NCBI GenBank assembly: GCA_043228905.1 | Contig: JBHGNT010000002.1 | Coordinates: 20,708,001 to 20,772,000 of the forward strand | DNA from: Azolla caroliniana | Lineage: Eukaryota; Plantae; Polypodiophyta | DNA: 64,000 nucleotides | Reading direction: 5' to 3' | Part shown: one piece after another, positions 51,301 through 61,629 of the stretch | How positions within the stretch are numbered: the stretch's first letter is position 1 | How the letters are laid out: each line of letters starts with the position of its first letter | Program-made: the position numbers and the translations under genes | Notes under the pieces: model-generated | The model's database searches: none | What the model was told of the DNA's origin: nothing | Seen by the model: only the letters and a program-made list of their open reading frames with translations

Positions 51301-53852
51301 TCGGCCAGCCCGTTCAGTTCCGGCGTCTTCGGCACAGTAAACTCGAGCCGGATTCCCTTCGAGCGACAGTACTCCTCGAACTGCACCCGGTATTCCCCTC
51401 CGTTATCCGCTCGTATCGCTTTCAGCTCCTTGCCGGATTCCCTTTCCACTCTCGCGTGGAGTTCTTTGAAGACGGACAATACTTGGTCCTTTGTCTTCAA
51501 CGGTGCCGTCCACAGCTTCCGGCTGTGATCATCTATGAATGTTACGAAGTACTGGGCTCCGCCATGTGACTTCGTTTCTACCTGACACACATCAGTGTGC
51601 ACCAACTCCAATGGTGCGCTACGTCTCGTCGGTGGCCTTGAGTGGAAGGAGGCTCGGTTCTGCTTACCGGCCAGGCAATCAGTGCACTTCTCCAGATGCA
51701 CATGCTTCACTGGGATAAGGTTGTCTTCTGCAAGCCTCTTCATCCCCTTCTCACTCATGTGGCACAGTCTCTTGTGCCACAGCTCACCGGCAGTGTCGGC
51801 TGCCACGTTCAACTCTTCCGGACACAACCGGGCATTCATAAGGTACAGTGTGTTGACTTTCCGGGCCCGAGCCACTATCAGGCTCCCTTTGCTGAACTTC
51901 ATGACACTGTTCCGGATGCTACCCGTGTAGCCTTCATCGTCTAGCCTCCCGGCCGAAATCAGGTTCAATCGAACCTCCGGAACGTGTCGAACATCCTTAA
52001 GCAGCATTTTGCATCCGGTCGAGGTTGTCAACCACACGTCTCCTATGCCGGCAATCCGGCACGTACCTTCCTTTCCCATCCGGACACAGCCGTGCTCACC
52101 GGCTGTGTATGATGAGAAGTATTTCTTCTCGGGGGTCAGGTGGAACGACGCTCCGGAATCGACCACCCAGGTCATCTCTACATCGGCAAGATTTAGCTCC
52201 CTTTCTTCGGTAATGAGCATTATCTCTTCTTCACTTGCCGCGAGTGCCGTCGTTCCTTTCCGGTCCTGCCCTCGCCGATCCGGACCTCTCCGGTCCGTGG
52301 ATCCCCGGTATGCACCGTTTCGCTCCGGTGACTTCTTCGAATCGGTGTCGTCGGCTCCGTTGTCTTTTCGGTAATGCCGACAATTCTTCCGGAAGTGCCC
52401 CGGCTTCCCACAGTGGAAGCATGTGGGTCTTCCTCTTGACTGCGACCGGGTCCCCGACTTCTCTCGTCTTTGCGGACTCCGGTTCCATTGTCTTCCCCGA
52501 TCCGATTCGGTAAGCAGCGCCTTCGGGTCGGAGGCCGGTTCTTTATCTCTCCGACGCGCTTCTTCGTTCAAAATACTTGTCTTTACCGTTTGTAGAGACA
52601 AGTTATCTTCGGTGCAGGAGGTGCTGAGAGTCACCACCAAGTTCTCCCAGCTTTCCGGCAATGTACACATCAGAATGATGGCTTGCATTGCATCCTCCAA
52701 CGGGAACTTGATCGCCGCAAGCTGGTTCACGAATCCCATGAACGTGCTCACGTGTTCCACCATACTCTCGCCGTCCCGGTACTTGAGGTTCACTATCTTC
52801 CTCATCAGGGAGGTCCGGTTCAACGCATTCTTCCTCTCGTAGAGGCCCGACAGCTTCCGCCACATCTCATATGCGTTGGTGTCGTTCGCCACATGTTGTA
52901 GAACGCTCACGTCGACGTATTGCCGAATGGTTGCAACGGCTTTCCGGTTCAGAAGCCTCCATTCCGTCTCAAGTAGCCCCTTCGGTATTTCCGACCTGTC
53001 AATCGGTTCGTACAGGTCCCGAACAATCAGAAGATCCTCCATCTTGATCTTCCAATCGGCGTAGTTCTGCGCATTCAGCACCATCATCCCCGGCTGCCCG
53101 CTGCTGCCGCCTTCCATTTTCCGCACTGCCGTCGCTCTGATACCACTTGTTACGAATCCACGCTCCGATTCACCTTCACCATTCGGCCACAACCGAGAAA
53201 TCACGAATCAATGCAGCAGAAAATAGGAAACACAGAGAAAGACACGATAACACAGGGATTAACGTGGAAAACCCTATACGGGAAAAACCACGGGAGTGCA
53301 AGACTCCAAACCAAAACTATGCACAGAGAAATATACAATGGCGAGCTGCAAGGCGACGACCTTGAGCTCGCTGTCCTCGCCATAGGCAGCGGTATTACAC
53401 AGAGGCGTCGACCTCTTCCTCTCTCACGCTCTATCTCTCTCACGGCTGCTCTCTCTTCACTCCTCTAGAGTGGAAAAACAGAAAAATGAGTAGCAACATA
53501 AAACTGTTTGCCCTAAGTCATATTTATACACATATGACTTTAGGGCTATTTACAAATATAGCCTCCAGGGCCCTTGGCAAAACATATTCACAAATATGTC
53601 CCCGCATCCGGATCTCTCTCCGGGTACATTCATCATCCGGCTCCGTAGCCGGGTCTTCATCATCCGGCTCCGTAGCCGGGGTCTTCATCATCCGGCTCCG
53701 TAACCGGGGTCTACATCATCCGACTCCGTAGCCGAGTACTCTTCATCCGGCTTCATGCTGGGTACTCTTCATCCTCCGGTTCCGTAACCGCAACCGGGCT
53801 TGCCGTCATTCATCTCCGGACATCCCATCCGGAGGGACCGAAAATCCCAACA
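48329..53852 (-). mobile_element. Intact Ty1/copia (Tork/Tnt1-like) element C
   Basis: 705-bp LTRs (48329-49033, 53148-53852) differing at ~6 sites, TSD CATCG, Meti PBS at 53134-53145, PPT AGGGGGAGTT. Confidence 0.98.
49044..53117 (-). CDS. Copia gag-pol polyprotein (gag, CCHC, protease, integrase, RT, RNaseH), 1357 aa, uninterrupted
   Basis: Single ORF with CFHCGKPGHFRKNC, WVVDSGAS, HTDVC...IRADNGGEY...NGLAER, QMDVK, LYVDDM and FTDSD. The first ATG after the PBS is at 53117. Confidence 0.95.
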   Translation of the reverse strand: MEGGSSGQPGMMVLNAQNYADWKIKMEDLLIVRDLYEPIDRSEIPKGLLETEWRLLNRKAVATIRQYVDVSVLQHVANDTNAYEMWRKLSGLYERKNALNRTSLMRKIVNLKYRDGESMVEHVSTFMGFVNQLAAIKFPLEDAMQAIILMCTLPESWENLVVTLSTSCTEDNLSLQTVKTSILNEEARRRDKEPASDPKALLTESDRGRQWNRSPQRREKSGTRSQSRGRPTCFHCGKPGHFRKNCRHYRKDNGADDTDSKKSPERNGAYRGSTDRRGPDRRGQDRKGTTALAASEEEIMLITEERELNLADVEMTWVVDSGASFHLTPEKKYFSSYTAGEHGCVRMGKEGTCRIAGIGDVWLTTSTGCKMLLKDVRHVPEVRLNLISAGRLDDEGYTGSIRNSVMKFSKGSLIVARARKVNTLYLMNARLCPEELNVAADTAGELWHKRLCHMSEKGMKRLAEDNLIPVKHVHLEKCTDCLAGKQNRASFHSRPPTRRSAPLELVHTDVCQVETKSHGGAQYFVTFIDDHSRKLWTAPLKTKDQVLSVFKELHARVERESGKELKAIRADNGGEYRVQFEEYCRSKGIRLEFTVPKTPELNGLAERMNRTIMERVRSMLAHAKLPKGFWAEAMSTATYVINRSPSVPLDGDTPQRVWTGREVSYRHLKVFGCLAYVHVAKDRRGKLDPKTRPCIFLGYGNDEFGYRVWDPVDKKIFRSRDIIFMEDKTLADWESEKKMKSSKSTGENQLYEEQSRPARDRLALEDPAEDGEETEPAEEDETDTETGPDPEMDSDEEEMEEPVTEAPERRYPLRERRAPRRFPEPEHVLLTDEGEPESFEEAELDTHSRRWLSAMQEEMDSLHENHTYELVELPKGKRALLNKWVFKLKPGDAGNPPRYKAKIVVKGFQQKKGVDFDEIFAPVVKMTSIRTVLSIAASMDLEVEQMDVKMAFLHGDLEEEIYMQQPEGFEKKGKEHLVCRLKKSLYGLKQAPRQWYRKFDSFMTDEGYHKTQTDHCVFVKKFEGGDFLILLLYVDDMLIVGRDQVKIRMLKKALHRTFSMKDLGPARQILGMHIIRDRKKKQLWLSQEKYVTKVLHRFNMSEARPVGSTLPANCKLSRKQSPKTKAEKEVMMKVPYASAVGSLMYAMVCTRPDIGYAVGVVNRYMSNPGKEHWNAVKWILRYLKGTSNMCLRFGSGKPELDGFTDSDMSADADTSRSTSGYVMTYAGGAVSWQSRLQKTVALSTTEAEYMAAVEAGKEIIWMKEFIRELGIRQEEYRLYCDSQSAIHLAKNAAYHSRTKHIQRRYHWIRERIEDKEFVLTKIHTDENGSDMLTKVLTPDKLEACRKRIGLERHPMPK

Positions 53853-55929
53853 CATCGAGATTCAAGAAAGGAAGACAACGTGGTCAAAGTTTGAAAGAGC
53901 AATATTATCGGAGTTTGCGATGGAAGATTTGTCGTGGATGACTCGACATGTCTTGATGAAGTGGATAGAAAAGAAAAATAAGAAGATGAGCGCCTCAATG
54001 GTATACGACGAGTTCAACCAGATGTTTAGTCGTCTCCCTGCCACGGACCAAGTGCTGCTTGAGGAGGACAAGACTTTGTACTTCCTAAAAGTTTTGGATA
54101 TGAAGGATAGACGAGAATTGGGGACTCTCCTCGAAGATGATACCCAAGTGAATGGGCTTGTGGAAGACTGGGTTGCGGTGAAGAGAGCATGCAACAAGAT
54201 CGATAGGCGTCATGAATGGCTTGAAGATATTGACTTGGTAAGGTCAAACATAGAAAAAACAAGACCATCTAAAGAAGTCGAGTTGCCTAAACAAAGCAAC
54301 CTACATGAAAAGAAGATTGATGATGACTCGAGGACAGAGAAGGCCACTTCGAGGGAGGATGAATGTTTCGGAACATGCGTCGTGTTCGAAACATCGGATG
54401 ATGAAGGAGCAAGCTTAATCGAAGCTTGCATCAAGGGAGATAAAGAGTGTGAGGTCGACATGATGGAGGATCTAGCCACTAAAATCGACATCAAGGAGGT
54501 GGCTATGAAAGGAACAACAAGTGTCGGCAATGACCACGGCCAAATTTTCTCCGCACTTGTTCCAAAGACTTGGGCAATTGCATCCAAGAACCAACGTGAG
54601 ACCCAAGAGACGGAAGGTGTCGGCGAGGAGCCGAAGGTCAAAACTAATACATGAGACGAAGAGGGAAGCATAATCGAGGCTTGCTCGATCAAGAGGGTTA
54701 ATGGGTACGAGTTCCATGAGTCTATAGAGGTAGCCACGAAAGAAGCCATCGAGTCGGAGGTGGCTATGGACGAGTCAATGGAGAATGACCATGTTGAGAC
54801 TTTCCCGCCACTAACTCTAGAGACTTTGGCAGTTGCGTTCGAAAGGTAACATGAGACCGAAGAGACGGAAGGTGGCAGAGAGAAAACAAAGGTCAAAGTC
54901 GATGCATATGACGAAGAGATAGCCGAGAAGGTGGCTATGGGCGAAACGACGGAGGATGGTAATACCAATGATTCTTGCCCACTAATTCTAGAGACTTCAA
55001 CGGTTGTGTCCAAGAACCAATGTGAGACTAGAGAGACGGGAGGTGGCAGCAAGGAACGTAGAGCCGGAAGTGAGTTCGAACAGAAGATGATCCGGCCGGA
55101 ATTCCGGCCTAAACAAAAACCAAACCAAGTGGAAGTGGATTTGGCCGAAATCTGATCGGTTAAGCCCGACCCGGATGGAAATCGTTCCAGCCGGAAGCCG
55201 ATCAGACGAGACCAATCCGAAAAGAAGCTAATTCGACTCAACCGGAGGTCGAACCGGTCGAGGCCAGTAAACACGAGGAAATGGAAGCGAACCTGGACCG
55301 AAATCAATCGATCGAACCCGACCCGACCCGAAAGGGGGCCAACTCGGTTGAAACCAATCAGCCAAGTCCAATTCAGTCGAATACAAATCCGAATGGCAAC
55401 TGATTCAACCGAAAGTCGATCGGACGAGACTGATCTGGAAAGAAGTCAAGGTTGATGAAGACAAGGAAGAGGCCAAGCAAGCACACTACCATGGACAATA
55501 AGGGCCAAATGAGCCAAGCAGATTTGAAGGGTGTTACCGAGGATGAGATCTCGACTAAGGAGGGCTCTTACATGAAGATCATCAACTCTAACGCGAGATT
55601 GTACGTGTCAGGAATAGTACTAAGCAGAGATGGAATTAGTACTAAAGAAGAGCAGTACTATTAGTACTAAGAGGACGGGACTGCGTAAGACTCCCGAGAG
55701 AGAGAGAGGATGATAACAGCCAATATATTATGTGAAGGATACTTAGTACAAAATGGCTAATAGGCTTAAGACTGGCGTTGAACCAATTTGGTTCAAAACA
55801 ATGCCTTGTGCCTCCTTTTATAGTGTTTTTAGGAATAATCCTGAAGCTTCTAGAATGTTCCAGAGAGATCTGGAATATACATCAATTTTCTATGATAAAA
55901 CATAAATGAAAATAATATCCTACAAATTA

Positions 55930-56000
55930 CAATTCATAGTCTAATGGTAAGAGCTCGACCCATGTAGCATAAGGTCATGAGTTCAAGTCTTGCCATATCA
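55930..56000 (+). ncRNA. tRNA-like Pol III A/B-box module at the LTR U3 tip (copies also at 61105-61175 +, 38680-38750 -, 43500-43570 -, 47525-47590 -)
   Basis: A-box TAGTCTAATGG (55937) and B-box GAGTTCAAGTC (55979) at tRNA-like spacing, with partial D, anticodon and T stems. Confidence 0.55.
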
Positions 56001-56912
56001 TGACACTATCTCCCCCTTAAAGACGACAAGTGGAACGAGTCGGCGCTAATTGCGGACCGGGTTTGTCCGGATACTTTCGGTGGAAATCAGCAAGAAGATC
56101 CTGTGCATTGGCAACATGCTCGACGGGTTCCCAAGTACGTTCGCTCGGACTATAACCGAGCCAATCGACCAAGTAATAAAGTTTGTTGCGAACAAGTTTG
56201 GAATCGAGGATGGCAGCAACTTCATACTCCGGGCCGACGTCCAACTCCAGCGGGGGCGGCGGTGGTGTCACACGATCGGGAATGGTGTTTGCTTTATAAG
56301 GTTCAAGAAGAGAACAATGGAAAACCGGATGTATCTGAAGCTGTGGAGGGAGATCAAGGCGGAATGTGCCATCATTAATCTTACCCATAATACGGAAGGG
56401 ACCGAGTCGTCGATAATCCAACTTGTCGCACGGTCGAGTAGTCTTGATTTGACGACGTAAGAGCCATACTCGATCTCCGATGGCAAAAGAGGAAGGAATC
56501 TGATGACGATCCGCATAAGTCTTCTGTGTGTGTTGAGCATGACGAAGGTGAGTAGAGAGATCCATCTGGATCTTGCGTAGCCTCTCCAAATGATCCTTGG
56601 CACGAGGATTGGTAGGTAGCTCCGGGGTGTCGATCACCGACCAACGAGGATGGAAAAACCGGTATAAGCGAAAAATGGGGAGACCCGAGTCGAGGAGTGA
56701 ATAACATTATTATATACAAACTCCGCAAAGTGGAGAAGCTCGGCCCAATCGTCCTATTGATAACTCAGGAAACACCGGAGATATTGCTCCAGCGTTTGGT
56801 TTGTTCGTTCCGCCTGCCCGTCGGTCTGAGGATGGTAGCCGGAGGAGAGATTGCAGGAGACCTTGAGCATCTTGAAGAGATGCTGCCAAAATTTGGAGAA
56901 AAATTGCGGTCC

Positions 56913-59072
56913 TCAGTCACTGATGATACTGTCTGGGAGGCCATGATGCCGAAATACCTCACGCATAACAAGGGTGGCGGTTTCCTCGCTAGTGATGGCT
57001 TTAGTACAAGGCACAAAATGTGCCATCTTCGTATATCGATCGACAACGGTTAGGATAGCATCGAACCCCTTCGAGACCGGCAGATCTGTGATAAAATCAA
57101 GACAAATAGACTGCCACGGCTTACTTGGAATCGGTAAGGGTTCCAACAAGCCATATGGATGGTGTCGTGGCATCTTTGCTCGGTAGCAAGCATCACAAGT
57201 CCGAACGTAGTCGTCGACAAAACGGCGCATGTGGGGCCACCAAAAAGATCGTTGCACTAGCTCCAACGTCTTAGTACTACCGAAATGTCCCTCCGTATGG
57301 GTGTCGTGACAATGTTGGACAATTTGAAGGCGACAGGAGCAATCGGGGACATATACGCGCTTTTTAAAGAATAACAAACCATCATGATATTCGAATTGTC
57401 GGTAGTCAATACCTGGTTGTTGAGACCAAGAACAGGATGCTCGAGAAGTATCAATGTGCGCCAAGATGTCTTGAGCAAAACTATCCGTCTTCAAGGTTGC
57501 ACGTATGTCATCGGTAATCCGTGAATCCATCGAGGTGTGAAAAATCCGCGTTGTGTGCAATCGTGTTGGTCCCAAGATTACTTGCTTTTGATTATCAAAT
57601 GTTGCATCACCAAGACGAGGTGCAAGATATGAACGTCGTGATAGTGCATCTGCTTTTCCTTGCTGCTTCCCCGGTCGATATGTGATTTTGAAGTCGAAAC
57701 GCGTGAGGAATTGCGCCCACTGAGCTTGCCGTCGATTTAGTACGCGAGCGTTCTGAAAATAAGCAAGATTTTTATGATCGCTAAAGACAATGACCTGATG
57801 TGGAGAGCCCTCTAAGAAATGCCGCCATTGTACAAATGAATCCACGATGGCTAATAACTCCTTGTCATGTATTTCGTAGTTGATTTCTGCGACATCGAAT
57901 TTGCGCGAATGGAAAGCCACCGGATGCAACTCTTCTTTATCTCCTTGTTGAGAAAGGATGCTACCGAGGGCAAAATCTGATGCGTCGGCCTCCATGATGA
58001 ATGGTTTTCTTGTATCCACATGAGCTAGAATCGGTGCTGATGTAAAGGCTTTCTTAAGATGCCGAAAAGCCATATCTGCTTCTATGGACCAAAGAAATGC
58101 TTGGCCCTTCTTCGTAAGTTGTGTGAGAGGTAAAATAATCTTTGAGTAATCCTGTATAAACTTACGGTAGAAGTTAGCAAAACCTAGAAAACATTGTACA
58201 TCTCGTACCGACCGTGGAATTTGCCACTCTAGTACAGTTTGGATTTTAGCTGGATCCATGGCGATGCCCTTTGAGGAGATGACGTAGCCTAGAAATTCCA
58301 CTTGCTTGCAGTCAAAGCTACATTTTTCTAGCTTGGCATAAAGACCATTCTCGCGGAGTAGCTTTACTACTAATAGTACATGAGAATCGTGCTCTTCCTG
58401 GTCTTCCTGGGTCTTCGAATAAATCAATAGATCATCCAGATAAATGATCAAACAGATATCCAAGAGGTCTCTGAATATATCATTTGCCATGTGTTGGAAG
58501 ACTGCGGGTGCATTGGTTAGGCCAAACGGCATAACAGTATACTCGAAATGCCCATACCGCGTGCAAAAGGCGGTCTTCCATTCATCTCCCGGTCGGATCC
58601 ACACGAGGTTATACGCTCCTCGTAGGTCGATTTTAGTAAAAAACTTGGCACCATTAACTTGCTCTAAAAGACTTGATATAAGAGGAAGTGCATGCCTATT
58701 CCGGATGGTGACTTTATTCAATCCGTGGTAATCAACAACAAGACGAAGTGAGCCATCTTTCTTCTTGACAAAGAAGATGGGTGCACTGCCTGGAGATTTC
58801 GAATGATGGATGAACCCGCTTGCCAAGTTCTCCTCTATGTAGGCTCGAAGGACTTCTAACTCGATGGGTGACAAGTTGTAAACTGGTCCCCATGGTGGCT
58901 CGGTTCCTAGTTGTAAATCGATGGGACAGTCATAGGGACGGTGATGAGGAAGGGTACCGGCTTTTACCTTGTCAAATACATCGGCATAAGGATGATATTT
59001 TGCTGGAAGTTGTACTGAGGAGTCCTTCTTAATAGTGCTGGAAGGATGTACTGATATTGGAAATAGGAACAT
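56913..59072 (-). pseudogene. Chromovirus pol segment (RT, RNaseH, integrase N-part)
   Basis: KIDLRGAYN, MPFGLTNAP, YLDDLLIY, EADASD, HDKELLAI, H-H-C-C integrase zinc finger, LDFIT. Confidence 0.9.
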
Positions 59073-61629
59073 TGCCTCCTTGGGTCCTTCTTCGCGTAGT
59101 TGATGGAGTGAAATGGTCGAAACTCGGTGAGTTGATTCTTGGGGTGGTCGATATCGGACTTCTCTTGTTCTCCAATTTATGGCGGATTATGTAATTCAAA
59201 CCAAGGTATTCCTAGGACAATGGGATGCTCTGGACTACTAATTATATTAAATGATATTACACACACAAAACTACCTAGGACAACTTGAATGGGTTCTGAT
59301 TTTTCTACAATATGCCCGGAAGCAATGGGACGACCATCAATGACTACTACAGATGCGGGACAAGGAAGTTTTCTTAAGGATATCTGAGAAGCTTGGGCAA
59401 AATTTCGATCCATGAAACAGGAATTAGCTCCGGAATCTAAAAGTGCTAGGACGGGTACTGGGGGAGTACTTTTAGTACTAACAATGACTTGGGCTAGGAA
59501 CACATTGCTAACTTGCTTGGAAGGAATGGAACCACTAATGGGTTGTACAGATCTAGGGCTGCTGTCCAACCAAACGGCTCCTATTTTGGTTGGACTCAAT
59601 TGTTTAACTCTTCATCTAATTGACTAAGGATTTCAAATTTATTTGAGATACTTGGGCTATTAGTACTATGAATACTATCAAACACTCTATTAGTACTATT
59701 AATACTATCAAACACTCCTAAGGGAAGAATTGACTCGGGTTTAGTACAAGCTACAATTTGATTTACCCGTCTTCTTGGCCTATGGGGACAATTGATTGCG
59801 ATATGCCCTGGTCCACCGCAATAAAGACATAATCGATTTGCACGTCGTCGTTGCTTTTCTTCTTCCGATAACGGGCCACGTCAACGCATGGTATCGATCT
59901 CCATCGGTGTCGAAGTATTTGCTTGAGGTATGTCTTGTGCAAACGGTTTAGCCGCGACTGCGGCGTAAGTGGGCTCCGGCCTAGCGCGTGGTATCTGTAA
60001 TTGACGTTCCGAACGCCATTCGAAAAGGCGGTTGTCACATCGGACCGCTCGACTGATTGCCTCTGTAAGAGACTTTGGTTCTTCGGGGAAAGTTAGAAGT
60101 AGATCTTTGACACCGTTTCGCTCCATTAGTGCTTGATCATCCCAGGGTATGTCTGAAGTGAGTAGGCGGAAATCCGCCGCGTAGGCAGAGGCTGGACGAT
60201 CGCCTTGACGCAATCGCCGGATCTTGTTGATTGTCGTCCTGATGCTGTCGATGTCTCCAAAGCAGGCTTTGAACTCACTAATAAAATCTTCAAAGTTATT
60301 AAGCAAGGGCCATTGTTTTTCTAGAAGCGGAGCGAACCATGCTAAGGTTGAGCCGCTAAGCAATGTGCCTATTAAGCCGACTCGGGATGCATCAGTGGGG
60401 TATCGGGAAGGATGCATTTGGAGGACTAATCGTACCTGATTAAGGAATCCCCTGAATTGCGATCGCGTTCCATCAAATTTCACAGGAAGTCCAATCTTCG
60501 GCTCTTTATGAAATCCCTGGGGACTTGATCCTTGTTGTTGCAATGCCGCTTCGAGTTGTTGCACCCGTAACGCTAACTCCCCATGTTGTTGTTGCGTTTG
60601 TTGCTTTTCTAGAGCGATTTGTTGCAGATCCCCTATCAGCCATTGGTTTTCTTGTTCCAAGGCAACAAATTTTTCTTTTAAGCATTGTAGCTCGGAGAAA
60701 ATGGATTGATATTCTTGGGCGCTAACAGTAGCCATAGTATAGGGAAAAGGGTAGGAGGGAAAATTGGTTCAAACTGTCAGGAATAGTACTAAGCAGAGAT
60801 GGAATTAGTACTAAAGAAGAGCAGTACTATTAGTACTAAGAGGACGGGACTGCGTAAGACTCCCGAGAGAGAGAGAGAGAGAGAGAGAGGATGATAACAG
60901 CCAATATATTATGTGAAGGATAAGTACAAAATGGCTAAGAGGCTTAAGACTGGCGTTGAACCAATTTGGTTCAAAACAATGCCTTGTGCCTCCTTTTATA
61001 GTGTTTTTAGGAATAATCCTGAAGCTTCTAGAATGTTCCAGAGAGATCTGGAATATACATCAATTTTCTATGATAAAGCATGAAAATAATATCCTACAAA
61101 TTACAATTCATAGTCTAATGGTAAGAGCTCGACCCATGTAGCATAAGGTCATGAGTTCAAGTCTTGCCATATCATGACAGTACGACAAAGGTGGATGAAG
61201 TGCGGAGTGCCTTGACCAAGGAGATGGTTGGAATGAAGGTGGAACATGCATAAAGCCTAGATGGTTATGCTCAGAAGCAGACCAAGGGGACATGACAACT
61301 GGTCATGGTAAAGCAAAGAATGAGTGAATGATATGGTGGATTGGGTGGCGACAATGGTTCGAGTGAAGGGAATGGACATGCTTGGGAAAGTCTCGACACG
61401 GTCATCCGTTGTGGACTCTTCCATAGCCATTTGTGACTCGATGTCGTAAGGATAATCGCAATGGCAAAGCTTACTTCCATATTCCTCATGGTCGTGATCA
61501 TGCTCACCGCGTGTACCGCGGCCAATGCTAGGTCTGTAGGGCGGGACCGTGAAGAGGAGCGACAAGATCGACGTAGTGAGGGAGACATTGAAGAAGTAGA
61601 GACGCCTAAACAAAGCCACCACTTAATTA

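Larger units (their letters stand above)
55606..61179 (-). mobile_element. Ty3/gypsy chromovirus (Tcn1/Tf1-like) element 2, near-intact
   Basis: LTRs 55606-56005 and 60775-61179, TSD GTACG, PPT at 56006-56020. gag 59881-60735, PR 59177-59599, RT-RH-IN 56913-59072, IN-chromodomain 56017-56637, with a few stops and frameshifts. Confidence 0.97.
47515..61629 (+). mobile_element. tRNA-Trp-primed gypsy-like element, apparently gag-only (non-autonomous), split by two nested elements
   Basis: LTR-like segment (left end uncertain) with TATA, ending CCTTAACA at 47992. PBS TGGTGAACCCGACGTGAA at 48000-48017. The gag-like ORF 48058-48328 continues in frame after TSD CATCG to 54654. Internal ~200-250 bp repeats at 54400-55050. 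No pol motifs seen. Confidence 0.65.

Noticed and set aside
53118-53204. N-terminal extension of the 1386-aa copia ORF
   Set aside because: It starts inside the LTR/PBS. The first ATG after the PBS is at 53117.
54210-55307. 365-aa antisense ORF
   Set aside because: Ser-rich mirror of the Glu-rich sense repeats, with no recognisable domain.
55930-56000. Bona fide tRNA gene
   Set aside because: No proper acceptor stem or 7-nt anticodon loop, and it is embedded in LTRs. Reported only as tRNA-like.
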